A stretch of 27,584 bases of DNA from Promethearchaeota archaeon (GTDB taxonomy: Archaea; Asgardarchaeota; Lokiarchaeia; Sigyniarchaeales; SOKP01). A program made the position numbers and the translations under genes. Positions 9,233-19,403 of the stretch are shown here, in pieces. Location: contig JAFGGO010000145.1 in NCBI GenBank assembly GCA_016930515.1, positions 1 to 27,584 on the forward strand. The letters are read 5' to 3'. The notes under the pieces were generated by a model. The model did no database searches and had not been told where the DNA came from. It was given only the letters and a program-made list of their open reading frames with translations. Position 1 is the stretch's first letter, and every line of letters starts with the position of its first letter.

Positions 9233-10486
9233 ATGACCTATATTAATCCTTTTGAAGTTGCTTTAAAACAATTAGAAATTGTAGCAAAAGAAATCGATTT
9301 AAACGAAGATTTTCACGAACGATTGAAACACATGGAAAGAATAATGATCGTATCCATACCGATACGAATGGATACCGGAAAATTAAAAATTTTTCAAGGA
9401 TATCGCGTTCAACACTCAACCATAAGAGGTCCAGCAAAAGGAGGAATCAGGTATGATTTGGGCGTTAATCTCGACGAAGTGAAAGCCCTTTCGATGTGGA
9501 TGACTTGGAAAACGAGTTTATTAAAATTGCCCCTTGGAGGCGCTAAAGGGGGCGTTCAAGTTAATCCCAACGAGTTATCCCATGGCGAACTGGAACGTCT
9601 TTCAAGACGGTATGCTGTAGAAATTCTTAATATCATCGGACCCACGAAAGACATCCCCGCTCCAGACATGAATACGGACGCCCAGACTATGGCGTGGATA
9701 ATGGATACATATTCAATGTTTAAAGGAGAAACCACGCCTGGCGTTGTAACGGGTAAGCCTGTTGAGATTGGGGGGTCCTTAGGAAGAACGAGAGCAACGG
9801 GAATGGGTCTTTTTTTCATCGCCAAAAGCATCACAAAAAAGCTAGGATTGAACTTGTCCGAAATGAAGGTGGTCGTTCAAGGATTTGGAAAAGTTGGAAA
9901 GGTAATCGCCGAAGAACTATACAATTTTGGGTGTAAGATAATCTGTGTATGCGATATAACTGCTGGTGTGTATTCCGAGAGCGGATTGAACATTCATGAA
10001 TTAGCAGAGTGGGTGTCAATGGGAAATAATTTAAAAGATTACGAGGGAACAACGGGAGAACTCATTCCAAGCATAGATGTATTAACCCTCGATTGCGATA
10101 TATTAGTTCCTGCGGCAACAGAAAATCAAATCACTAAAAAAAACGCCGATAAGATAAAGACTAAAATCGTTCTAGAAGGAGCAAATGGCCCAACTACTCC
10201 CGAAGCGGATGAAATTCTAAACAGCAAGGGAATCGTGGTCGTACCCGATATTCTTGCGAATAGCGGGGGCGTTTTAGTTTCTTATTTTGAATACATCCAA
10301 GATATTAACGCTTACTTTTGGGATATCGATCGAATAAATCAAGAGTTGGGAAAGGTGCTTCAAAGAACTTTTGAAGAAGTGTATAAAATATCTCAAGAAA
10401 GAAAGATATCATTAAGAACTGCAGCATATATTATTGCTGTTTCTGGAGTAGCAAAAGCGCTTGAATTGAGAGGATTATACCCTTAA
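9233..10486 (+). CDS. gdhA: Glutamate dehydrogenase (Glu/Leu/Phe/Val family)
   Basis: GPAKGGIRY, MTWK, GGAKGG, DIPAPD, VVTGKP, QGFGKVG, EGANGPTT, PDILANSGGV. Confidence 0.95.
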   Translation: MTYINPFEVALKQLEIVAKEIDLNEDFHERLKHMERIMIVSIPIRMDTGKLKIFQGYRVQHSTIRGPAKGGIRYDLGVNLDEVKALSMWMTWKTSLLKLPLGGAKGGVQVNPNELSHGELERLSRRYAVEILNIIGPTKDIPAPDMNTDAQTMAWIMDTYSMFKGETTPGVVTGKPVEIGGSLGRTRATGMGLFFIAKSITKKLGLNLSEMKVVVQGFGKVGKVIAEELYNFGCKIICVCDITAGVYSESGLNIHELAEWVSMGNNLKDYEGTTGELIPSIDVLTLDCDILVPAATENQITKKNADKIKTKIVLEGANGPTTPEADEILNSKGIVVVPDILANSGGVLVSYFEYIQDINAYFWDIDRINQELGKVLQRTFEEVYKISQERKISLRTAAYIIAVSGVAKALELRGLYP

Positions 10487-10515
10487 AGTGCTTTTTCCAA
10501 TTTGAATATATTTTT

Positions 10516-11820
10516 TTAACCATAAAAAAGGATCAATATAGGAAGCCACAAAATAGACAAAAGAATATGTAGAATTGCAAAAGAAGCTCCCGTTTTCAAT
10601 AATCTCTTGAAATCCAGGTTTTCAACGCCATTATTCTGTGCAATTTTAAGAGTCATGACGTCACAGGCAGCTCCTTGCGGAATCAAGTTGCCTCCAAGAT
10701 TAATTCCAATGAGGAAGGCAAACATCAAAGGAATGGGCGCAAAACCGTAGTCTTGTATGAGTAGGTTAATGATCGGAATGAAGATTAATGCAGTGGGTGT
10801 GTTTGCCACAAAACCAGAGATGAGGCTTATTGCGATGAGCATGATGATGGATAAGACGAGAGGATCTAGATCTTGGAACGGGATACCCTTGAATAAGTCT
10901 TGAAAACCTGCGATTAACATGCACCCTATAACGATGTAAAGTGAGATGAAGAAGAATATGATTTCCCATTCCACATCCTTCAGAAGTTCGCTCATTGACT
11001 TTTTCGTGTAACTCTTATTGACCATCACCATAATAAGAGAGGAAAACGCCGCAGTCAAATAAAGCCACGGAATGATGGCGAAGGAGGCGATGGTTAATAT
11101 AATTGCTATGCTATTAAAATAAAACATCTTTTTATTTTTTATCATGACGCTGGCGTCGATGAGTTCTAACACGTATTTCTTCTGCTTTTCCTCGATCTTG
11201 GGCTCTTTACTTAGAAGTAACTTATCGATAAGAAATATAGTAATGAACAAAAGCAGAAAAGAGAAAATCCAGTAATATTGAATGAAATAGAGCGTATCGA
11301 GTCCGAAAAATGTAGCAATAATGATATTTTCACCACTTGAAAAAGGGGTTATGATTGAACCAATGTTAATACAAATGGTCATTCCTAAAAGATAAGTTCC
11401 AGCTCGAATTTTAAGAAAGCGGCATATTCGAATTACCACGGGAGCAAGGATGAGCACCACGACTACATCGCTTATGATTGCTGCAAGTAAGGTGGTGATG
11501 GTGCAAATGAGGTAGAAAAACGCCCTAGGATTTCCCTTAGAGATTTTGAACAATTTTACGGCTAAATATTCCAAGATGTTAGATTCTTGGGCGACCTTTG
11601 TGATAATGCTCATGCATAAAATGACTACGATGGCTTCGAATTCTATGGTAGCTACGAATTCTGGGAATGTGGTTCCTGAAAAGAAAGCAGTTATTGTTGC
11701 CGTTAAAAAACAGCAAAACAAGGATATTGCGACAAAATCTGCGCCTTTCTTTGCGTAGCTGATTAAAATAATGACAAATATTGCGAAAATGCAAACGAGA
11801 AGGGGGAGGTTTAACGCCAT
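10516..11820 (-). CDS. ArsB/NhaD/SLC13-type ion transporter (IT superfamily)
   Basis: About 12 hydrophobic segments, NIGSIITPFSSGEN, ISGFVANTP, NLGGNLIPQGA. Confidence 0.85.
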   Translation of the reverse strand: MALNLPLLVCIFAIFVIILISYAKKGADFVAISLFCCFLTATITAFFSGTTFPEFVATIEFEAIVVILCMSIITKVAQESNILEYLAVKLFKISKGNPRAFFYLICTITTLLAAIISDVVVVLILAPVVIRICRFLKIRAGTYLLGMTICINIGSIITPFSSGENIIIATFFGLDTLYFIQYYWIFSFLLLFITIFLIDKLLLSKEPKIEEKQKKYVLELIDASVMIKNKKMFYFNSIAIILTIASFAIIPWLYLTAAFSSLIMVMVNKSYTKKSMSELLKDVEWEIIFFFISLYIVIGCMLIAGFQDLFKGIPFQDLDPLVLSIIMLIAISLISGFVANTPTALIFIPIINLLIQDYGFAPIPLMFAFLIGINLGGNLIPQGAACDVMTLKIAQNNGVENLDFKRLLKTGASFAILHILLSILWLPILILFYG

Positions 11821-11832
11821 AATTTTTCAAAT

Positions 11833-12513
11833 TTATTGAGTTTGAAATAGTTTTATTACTTTATAAATATCGATAGGGCCGTTTATATTTATTAGAGAGA
11901 CTAAATTTGGATCTAAAGGTTTAATGAATTTTTCTACTGAAACATAATTGATATTCCAAGATTTATCTACAAAATTAACTAACCCATAATTTTTTGTTTT
12001 AAGAATCAATTCTGCTTTTTTAAATCCTTGTTGAACTGGATAAATCGCAAAGAAATACTCTAAAAACCCCGTATCCCATCTTGGAATGACGCAGTCATAT
12101 TTTCCTAATTTTTCGATCATTAATTCAACGACTTCAGGTTTAATGAGCGGCATATCGCACGATAGTATAAACGCGTGCTTAAATCCTAAGGAATCCAATT
12201 CTTTTAAACCAGAATATATTCCCAACATTGGTTTGTAGAGGTTTTGGAAAGCAAAAATTTCACGGTCGTCTATAACAAAATTGATAGTTTTAGGAAACGA
12301 GATAGCCTTTTTATATTGGTAGATCTGTTCTTCAGAATGGGCAATAAGAAATATATCGTTGTCGAATTTCTGAAATGTTTCGATTTGGTGAAGGATCAAG
12401 GGCTTCCCCATGAGCTCCATTATGCCTTTTTCCGTTCCTAATCGATTACTTTTCCCCCCAATTAATATAACAATAGCCAAGTCCTTTTCTTCTCGTACCA
12501 TAAGGTATTTCAT
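11833..12513 (-). CDS. mobA: Molybdenum cofactor guanylyltransferase
   Basis: ILIGGKSNRLGTEK, PMLGIYSGL, LSCDMPLI, NIN.P.D. Confidence 0.88.
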   Translation of the reverse strand: MKYLMVREEKDLAIVILIGGKSNRLGTEKGIMELMGKPLILHQIETFQKFDNDIFLIAHSEEQIYQYKKAISFPKTINFVIDDREIFAFQNLYKPMLGIYSGLKELDSLGFKHAFILSCDMPLIKPEVVELMIEKLGKYDCVIPRWDTGFLEYFFAIYPVQQGFKKAELILKTKNYGLVNFVDKSWNINYVSVEKFIKPLDPNLVSLININGPIDIYKVIKLFQTQ

Positions 12514-12779
12514 TTATCACTCTTTTTAAACCTTTTTTTATGCTTTTACTTAAATGAGGAGGTGTCATTAAGTAATGATTTTCAATAACTTTGGGTAAAA
12601 TTACATTAGACTTTTAACGATATATTTATCAGACAGTAAATAATTTAACGAAGTTGCAAAAATAGCCTTTAAGTTTAAAATAGTCCTTTCAAGCTTGCTT
12701 GAACTATTAAATGGGACACAATCTTTAAAAAGCAATAAATCATAATTCAACATAACTCATCAAAAACAGATGAATTATT

Positions 12780-13247
12780 TTGGAAAAAAATTCAAGAGTT
12801 CAAGATTGTTTTTACGGTAAATGCTTAGTAGTTAAAAATTCGTGTAAAAAAGGAACTTTGGTTGAAAAATACGAAGGTCTCGTGGTACCTTGGGAACAAG
12901 TATGCGTTGAAGAAATTTGTCACGCAATTTGGATCAAAGAAGAACATTGGATGATAATTGATACTAATGCGCGTTATATTAATCACTCTTGCAATCCGAA
13001 TTGTATTATTGACGACGATCTAAATGTCGTGACAATTCGACCTGTAACTGCAGGGGAAGAATTAACCATCAGTTATGATATAGTTAAAAAGGGAGAGAAT
13101 CCTGGGAATTGGGATCCGAGATGGAATTTTAAGTGCGAATGTGGTTCTAAAAATTGTCGTGGTCGAATAGACAAGTATGTAAACGAGGATGGAACTCCAT
13201 GGTCGCCTCAACCAACAATTTATCCCAAGATCCCTTTGATACATTAA
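12780..13247 (+). CDS. SET-domain protein-lysine methyltransferase with post-SET motif
   Basis: ARYINHSCNPN, GEELTISY, post-SET CECGSKNCRG. TTG start, with an in-frame TGA at 12771. Confidence 0.9.
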   Translation: MEKNSRVQDCFYGKCLVVKNSCKKGTLVEKYEGLVVPWEQVCVEEICHAIWIKEEHWMIIDTNARYINHSCNPNCIIDDDLNVVTIRPVTAGEELTISYDIVKKGENPGNWDPRWNFKCECGSKNCRGRIDKYVNEDGTPWSPQPTIYPKIPLIH

Positions 13248-13292
13248 AATTGCTTTAATCTCAAGTGAAATTTTTATTATGGTTTTTTTAAT

Positions 13293-14237
13293 TTAATATT
13301 TTATTCTCTTTTCTTTTATATAATCAAACACGGAATACGCAGCAACGACGCCTTCAGCAACACCTGTAATGGCTTGTTTGAAGGGAGCGTCGGCAACATC
13401 TCCAGCGGCATATATTCCAGGTATATTGGTCTCTGATCTCCTGTTTATATTTATTTCGTTTTTCTGGTTTAGCTTGACACCTAATTGTTCTACCACTTTG
13501 GATTTAGGCACGGAACCAATCTCAATAAAAACACCATCTACCTTGAATTCCTTACCGTTTTCAAAAATAATCGCATTAACAGAGAAATCTCCCTTTATTT
13601 CAGTAATTTGAGTTTCAGTAATGATTTCAATCTTTTTATTCCCTTCCAATCTTTTCTTATTAATGGGTTCTGCTCTTATCTCTTCACCACGATAAATAAT
13701 ATACACTTTTGTAGCGTGTTGAGAGAGAAATAATGCTTCTTTTACAGCAGAATCGCTTCCACCTATAACGGCCAGCGTTTTATCCTTAAAAAACATACCA
13801 TCACATGTTGCACAATACGACACTCCCTTTCCAGTAAATTCTTCTTCTCCAGGAATATTTAATTTTTTTCTCTCAGAACCCGTGGCGACGATTATTGTTT
13901 TTGTTTTAAACGACATGAAAAATGATTTCAATAAGAAATGATCTCCTTCTTTCTCGATATTTGTTATCTCATCTGTAATATAAGGTATATTTAATGAATT
14001 CATGTGCTCTCGAAACATCTCCATTAACCCAGTGCCACTAGTTGATGTAATGCCGGGATAATTCTCAACTAAATGAGTCGAAGCAATGAGGCCTCCAAAG
14101 GTTTTACCAATTACAAGTAAATCTAATGCAAAGCGTGCGGCATAAATTGCTGCACCTATAGCTGAAGGGCCTCCTCCTAAGATTATGACATCGTATATCT
14201 TGTTTGGATCTGGCATTCCAGAACTAATATTGAACAT
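13293..14237 (-). CDS. trxB: Thioredoxin reductase (NADPH/FAD)
   Basis: GGGPSA FAD motif, VENYPG, GVSYCATCDG, IGGSDSA, YRG, AAGDV. Overlaps the upstream PDO by 14 bp. Confidence 0.92.
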   Translation of the reverse strand: MFNISSGMPDPNKIYDVIILGGGPSAIGAAIYAARFALDLLVIGKTFGGLIASTHLVENYPGITSTSGTGLMEMFREHMNSLNIPYITDEITNIEKEGDHFLLKSFFMSFKTKTIIVATGSERKKLNIPGEEEFTGKGVSYCATCDGMFFKDKTLAVIGGSDSAVKEALFLSQHATKVYIIYRGEEIRAEPINKKRLEGNKKIEIITETQITEIKGDFSVNAIIFENGKEFKVDGVFIEIGSVPKSKVVEQLGVKLNQKNEININRRSETNIPGIYAAGDVADAPFKQAITGVAEGVVAAYSVFDYIKEKRIKY

Positions 14238-14907
14238 GTATGTTTCCTCCTATTAGCGATCTCAGGACCACATCAGCCCCAACTAAACCCGATATGGCTT
14301 TTTGGTCGTTAACGATAGTATATGGAACTCCCGCAGCGTCATAATATTGTCCAATATCCATATTAGCGGTTATATCTACAACTACAGATCTTATCTTTCC
14401 TTTTGATGCAATTGCAAACAAATTTGCTATTGTAGCCATTTGGGGGCAATAAGGACAGGAATTAGTAATCATGACCTTGATTGTTGACGGTTCAATGCGA
14501 TCTAAATTTTGAAGGATAGTCGCCTCATAATAATTTGGTGCTCCAGCAAAGGCGAAAAGAGCCTGAACAAACGGTTGTATCTCTGGACCTTGGGGCGTGG
14601 CTAAATAGCGAATGATTTCTCTTCCATCTTCGTTTAAGAAAAGTATCGTTGGAACTCTCTGGATGTCGTAATCTCGAGCAAATTGTGGATTATTGTCAAT
14701 AGAAAGTTCCTCTATCGTAAGCATTCCGTTGGAGTTTGCTTCGTATATGCGCAATAGCGACATGAATTGTCCACAATCCATACAAGCTTGAATCGTTCTT
14801 CCGTCAGGTTCCACGCGCTTTGAAGTAAATACCTTTATTTTCACGGGTTTTTTGAGTTTAGCCATTTCTTGTTTTATTATGTCTTTGTATTTTTGATCTG
14901 AAGACAT
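14224..14907 (-). CDS. Protein disulfide oxidoreductase (PDO; AhpF N-terminal-like, two thioredoxin folds)
   Basis: CMDC and CPYC active-site motifs, RVPT and GVP cis-Pro motifs, P.G.E..PF. GGTGA RBS. Confidence 0.88.
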   Translation of the reverse strand: MSSDQKYKDIIKQEMAKLKKPVKIKVFTSKRVEPDGRTIQACMDCGQFMSLLRIYEANSNGMLTIEELSIDNNPQFARDYDIQRVPTILFLNEDGREIIRYLATPQGPEIQPFVQALFAFAGAPNYYEATILQNLDRIEPSTIKVMITNSCPYCPQMATIANLFAIASKGKIRSVVVDITANMDIGQYYDAAGVPYTIVNDQKAISGLVGADVVLRSLIGGNIHVQY

Positions 14908-15065
14908 TCTAAATCACCTTTAATGATATGATTTATAGTAATGATTACAATAATTATTGAGAAATTGAATTTAAAATATCTTATGATATTAATTTAAAAA
15001 CTTAATTCAGTTCTTTTTTGTTAGTGATGAATAGGAAATTGTTATTGCTAATAATTTATAAATAA

Positions 15066-15755
15066 TTACGAATACATTCCATCGTAATCCCTTTTCCCTT
15101 TCGTGAGTTTTTCTAACAAATCCTGGGGTGTAAAGGCACCAATTAATTGATCTTTTTCGTTAATTACGGTGTGAGGAACACCCTGCACATTATATTTTAT
15201 CGCTAAGTCTGGATTCATATTAGTATCTATAATCTCGACTTTAATTTTCCCCTTCGATAAAATCGCTATTAAATTCAATATGGGAATAACAGCAGGACAG
15301 TAAGGGCAAGTTAATGTCATAAAAAGTTTAATTGTTGATTTTTGCACATTTTTCAGACTAGAAAGAATTGCGTCCTTGTAAAAAGAAGATACTCCTGAGT
15401 AATATCGTAAGGTTTCAATAAATGGTGCTAACTCTGAACCCATGGGATTAGCCATGTATCTTATGAGTTCTTTCCCATCTTCATCCAAAAACAGTATTGT
15501 GGGTATTTTTGTAATATTAAATTTTTGAGCTTCTTCAGGTTGCTCTTCGGTTGAATACTCTTTTATTTCTAACTTGCCACCTGAATTCTTTGCTAATAAA
15601 TCTAATAGATTAAGCGTTCCATCGCACATCATACATCTTCTTGTTTTAGAACCATCCTCGCTTGTCTTGAAATCTGTAAAGAACATCAAGGAAATATTCT
15701 CTTTAAGGGGTTCCAAGCCTTTTTGAATGTTTTTTAATTCGTTTTCATTAAACAT
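15066..15755 (-). CDS. Protein disulfide oxidoreductase (PDO), second paralog
   Basis: CMMC and CPYC motifs, KIPT, GVPHT. ATG at 15755 (MFNENEL) matches the length of the paralog better than the ORF-track start at 15836. Confidence 0.88.
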   Translation of the reverse strand: MFNENELKNIQKGLEPLKENISLMFFTDFKTSEDGSKTRRCMMCDGTLNLLDLLAKNSGGKLEIKEYSTEEQPEEAQKFNITKIPTILFLDEDGKELIRYMANPMGSELAPFIETLRYYSGVSSFYKDAILSSLKNVQKSTIKLFMTLTCPYCPAVIPILNLIAILSKGKIKVEIIDTNMNPDLAIKYNVQGVPHTVINEKDQLIGAFTPQDLLEKLTKGKRDYDGMYS

Positions 15756-15912
15756 AGAGAAAATATTATTAATCGTTTTTGATACTAAATAAATTGAAAA
15801 AATTCTAATAAAAATTTCTAAACCAAATCCTAACACAATAGTCTCATTTATAAGGAATAATGATGTAATGTTAAATAAGGAACTATAAAAATGAAAAGGT
15901 TTTTAACTTATC

Positions 15913-16038
15913 ATGAACGAAACGATCGAAGAATTGGGAAATTGCCAAGAGTGTAACAAAGAAATAAACCTTGGAAACGCTTGGAGAGTAGATGAAAAAT
16001 ATTATTGCCAAGAATGCTTTGAAAAATTAAGCATATAA
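15913..16038 (+). CDS. Small zinc-finger protein, 41 aa (not in ORF track)
   Basis: Manual translation MNETIEELGNCQECNKEINLGNAWRVDEKYYCQECFEKLSI gives CxxC-x17-CxxC. It sits in an otherwise empty intergenic region and is followed by T-rich tracts. Confidence 0.75.
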   Translation: MNETIEELGNCQECNKEINLGNAWRVDEKYYCQECFEKLSI

Positions 16039-16242
16039 TTATTTTTCACTTTCTATTTTTCTTTATCGAGTTTATAGACGCCTCATTTATTCATATTAAA
16101 TTTTGATCATTCAAATAATACTTGCCTAATCATAGGTTTCAGCTAATTTTAACTAATATTTAATTAAATAAGTGTATTTCATTATATGGAGGATTGATTC
16201 CGTTAATATTGAATTATTAACAATAAAATGAAAATTTTAAGA

Positions 16243-17253
16243 TTATTCCAACAATAAATCGCACATATCACGAAGTTGAAAGGGAATTTTCGCCTTTTTG
16301 CCATAAACTTTGAGGATCCAAAAGGCATCGGGACAATAAGCGGTTATAAAATTAAGTTTATTCGTTATTGAGCCATTTTGTTCACAAATTTTTTTTATTT
16401 CTTCCATTCTAGCTGTTGCGATAGCATCGATGACATCCGTGCGTAATTGATGACCAATGCCTCCACCACAACACGAATACGGGACTTCTTTAAGAATTTT
16501 AAATCCCGTTTTTTCGTATAAATCCTCTAATTCATCAACAATCCCAGGAATTTTACCATTTCGTAGTGGACAGGCGTGTTGGATGAGCAAATTACCTTCT
16601 TTTTTTACTTTTAAAGGCGTGAGAAACTCGGTAAAATATTTGACCTCAAGATTCAGATCAGAATACTCTTTCTTGAAAACCATGTAGCAGCTTGGACAGG
16701 CAGTAATAATTTTTTTAAATCCTCTCTTTTCAAATAAATTTCGATTTCTTTGTACTAATTCCCGGTATTCCTCAACAGCTCCATTACATAAAATGGGATA
16801 TCCGCAACAAATTTCTTCTTCTAGGATTGTAAATTCAATTTTCTTTTTAAGTAAATATTTAATTATATTTTTAGCATATTTTGGGGTTTTTACCGTTGTA
16901 AAACACCCCAAATAAAGAAGTGTTTCGCTCGATGGATTTACTCCGTTAATTTGTTTCACCCGGCTTTTATTCATCGAAAATGGCGTTCCGTATTCCAATA
17001 TATCGTGTAGAGTTTTGGCCAATCCATCAATGGTGTTTCCATCTTCTAAAAACTTGCGTTTTAATTCAAATCTTTCTTCTGACATACCACAATCGTTACA
17101 ATGAATGCAGTTGTACACAGACAAATAATCTTCTTGGGAAAAAAAAAAATCCTCTTTTGACGCTAGTAATTTCGTTACTTGTTCGTTGGTGAGAAAGTGG
17201 TCAGGATCGGCCTTTTTACATGGACAATCGCACGTCTCTTTTTCTATATTCAT
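16243..17253 (-). CDS. CCG-domain (Fe-S)-binding protein (HdrD/GlpC-like)
   Basis: CIHCNDC, YLGC, EICCG, TACPSC, QHAC, CCGGG, TAYCPD. Confidence 0.85.
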   Translation of the reverse strand: MNIEKETCDCPCKKADPDHFLTNEQVTKLLASKEDFFFSQEDYLSVYNCIHCNDCGMSEERFELKRKFLEDGNTIDGLAKTLHDILEYGTPFSMNKSRVKQINGVNPSSETLLYLGCFTTVKTPKYAKNIIKYLLKKKIEFTILEEEICCGYPILCNGAVEEYRELVQRNRNLFEKRGFKKIITACPSCYMVFKKEYSDLNLEVKYFTEFLTPLKVKKEGNLLIQHACPLRNGKIPGIVDELEDLYEKTGFKILKEVPYSCCGGGIGHQLRTDVIDAIATARMEEIKKICEQNGSITNKLNFITAYCPDAFWILKVYGKKAKIPFQLRDMCDLLLE

Positions 17254-17291
17254 TTTAACACGGTTTCAAATGTTAATTAAATATATAACTC

Positions 17292-18284
17292 TCACATCAA
17301 GAGTTCAAAAATATCCATCGCTTTTGGATGGATCTTGCATTGCTTGCTAAACCTCCTTAGTATCCACCAACAACTCACGCAATAAGTAGTAGCGTAATTT
17401 ACATCTTGTCTATCAAAATCCCTCATGCGTTTTTTTGCTACCCCGTCAATAACATCCGTTCTATGCATATATCCCAAACCACCACCGCAACACCAATGGG
17501 GAACGTTTTCCACTTCGTACCCGCTTTTTTTTAAAACCTCATCTACACTTTCAGAAACATCCTCACGACCTCGATTAATTAATTGACACAAATGCTGGAC
17601 TTCAACCTTTCCAGATTTTAATTCGCTTGATGGTTTCAAGTAATCAGCAACAAACATAAATTCGGTATCAGAACTCATTTCGGGCTCATAATAATTATTG
17701 AACAAAAAATAACAGGCGGGACAAAGGCAGATGATCTTTTTGTATTTACTAAAAATTTCAATATTTTCTTTCTTACAAGTCTCAAATTCTTCCATCGACC
17801 CCGAGGCAAACCAAGGCCATCCACAACAAATCTCCTTGTCCAAGATGGTGAATTCAATTCCTTGCTTGAGTAAATATTTTAAAGAGTGTTCGGTATATTT
17901 AGGAATTCTAATGGTAGATAAGCACCCCATGAAATATAGCGTTTCGGATTCTTTAGGAATTCCAGGAGGTCTTTTAATTCGCATTTGATTGGTGGGATAC
18001 GGAGTGCGAAAATCATGGAAACATCGACGCATTTCCTCAAGACCTTGAATGGTAAAACCTTGCTTTAAGAACTCCTGCTTGAGTTTAATGCGCTCCATTT
18101 CTGTTTCACACAGCCCACAATGGACACAATTATATAATTTCTTAAAATCCTCTTGGGAGAAACGAAGTAAATCCAAATCCCTTACCATTTCCTTTACCTC
18201 ATCATCTGGGTAGAAATTATTAGGGTCTATTTCTTCGGTAGGATATTTTTTTCGATCTGTTGGATATTTTAAGTAATCTCTCAA
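17292..18284 (-). CDS. CCG-domain (Fe-S)-binding protein (HdrD/GlpC-like), tandem paralog
   Basis: CVHCGLC, FMGC, EICCG, CPAC, QHLC, CCGGG, YCVSC. TTG start with GGTG upstream. Confidence 0.85.
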   Translation of the reverse strand: MRDYLKYPTDRKKYPTEEIDPNNFYPDDEVKEMVRDLDLLRFSQEDFKKLYNCVHCGLCETEMERIKLKQEFLKQGFTIQGLEEMRRCFHDFRTPYPTNQMRIKRPPGIPKESETLYFMGCLSTIRIPKYTEHSLKYLLKQGIEFTILDKEICCGWPWFASGSMEEFETCKKENIEIFSKYKKIICLCPACYFLFNNYYEPEMSSDTEFMFVADYLKPSSELKSGKVEVQHLCQLINRGREDVSESVDEVLKKSGYEVENVPHWCCGGGLGYMHRTDVIDGVAKKRMRDFDRQDVNYATTYCVSCWWILRRFSKQCKIHPKAMDIFELLM

Positions 18285-18494
18285 TTATTACACCAAGTTT
18301 GTAAAAATCGGTTAATTTTTAAAGATTTTCCTTTTACTATAGAATGCCCGCGATTAAGCAGATAATAGTCCTAAAATTTTGAAGAGGAAAAATATTTTTG
18401 AACTGAAGTATATAAATGATTTTTAATAAATTTCTTTAAATACCATATTTTCTTGTAAAATCATAACTCATGTTAAAGAATGGGTGTAATTTAT

Positions 18495-19148
18495 ATGGAA
18501 AACACGAACAGTAAAAAATTTGAAAGCGTAATCTTGCGTAATTACCCTAAGGTTGTATTTTTTTATCCTTTATTTGTTCTTTCAGTTGTACTTTGGATTT
18601 TAGAATTAAATACACCAGAGGAAATACCATGGATAGGTTTCGTTTGGATGACCGTATTCTTCATAAATCTCTTTACAATAGCCTTCGATATATCTTCTAC
18701 AAAATTTTTCATCTTTTTATTAATCGTATTAGTGCTTGTATTGATCTTGATCTTTGCGATTTTACCTTATATTGTTCTTCCGGACTTTTCCACGATTGAA
18801 CTACATATCAGGATGACAGCGGAGTTTTATTTAGCAATCGTTATAATTCTAATTATTGTATTTATCACCGCTCTAATAAGCGCGAGATTCGATTATTGGA
18901 AAATAGAAAGAAACGAAGCATATCATAAAAGAGGGATATTCGCTACCGCTGAGAGATATCCCTCCAAGGGATTGAGAATCTTAAAAAAATTACCGGATAT
19001 CTTTGAATTGGCGCTCTTAGGGGCGGGAAGCATTACATTAAATTTTGGAGATAACCAAATATTTCATCTCGATACCATATTAATGGTAAACAAGAAATCG
19101 CGCAGGTTAGATAACCTCTTGAGCGAGTTAGAGATTGATATCACATGA
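18495..19148 (+). CDS. Hypothetical membrane protein (about 4 TM plus a soluble C-terminal domain)
   Basis: Four hydrophobic segments followed by a soluble tail. The second ATG (18495) follows a GGTG motif; the alternative start is 18480. Confidence 0.7.
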   Translation: MENTNSKKFESVILRNYPKVVFFYPLFVLSVVLWILELNTPEEIPWIGFVWMTVFFINLFTIAFDISSTKFFIFLLIVLVLVLILIFAILPYIVLPDFSTIELHIRMTAEFYLAIVIILIIVFITALISARFDYWKIERNEAYHKRGIFATAERYPSKGLRILKKLPDIFELALLGAGSITLNFGDNQIFHLDTILMVNKKSRRLDNLLSELEIDIT

Positions 19149-19403
19149 GATAGCCGTCAAAATAATTCTTAATTTCTAAATTTATTTTACCTTTTATTTA
19201 TTACAATTCCAAATAATTGAACTTAAAATTAATTAGATATGACAAAAATCACGCAATATAAATGATAAATCTATAATGGATTCTTTTCAAACCAAGATTT
19301 TATAATTTTGATTCTTAATTTTTATATACTTTTACGACTTAATGATATTAATTATTACTTGATCTATTAAGTTTAAATAACATGCTTTAGTAAAAAACGA
19401 GAT

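Noticed and set aside
15756-15836. N-terminal extension of the PDO given by the ORF track
   Set aside because: The sequence is AT-rich and promoter-like, and the extension is absent from the paralog. ATG at 15755 fits better.
15891-15956. Short ORF from ATG 15891 (MKRFLTYH...)
   Set aside because: It is only 21 aa, has no motif, and overlaps the better-supported zinc-finger ORF in another frame.
13293-18284. Selenocysteine read-through in redox genes
   Set aside because: The active-site motifs are all encoded as Cys within intact ORFs. The TGA ending the CCG protein at 17292 is followed by a TAA a few codons later and is not at a catalytic position.
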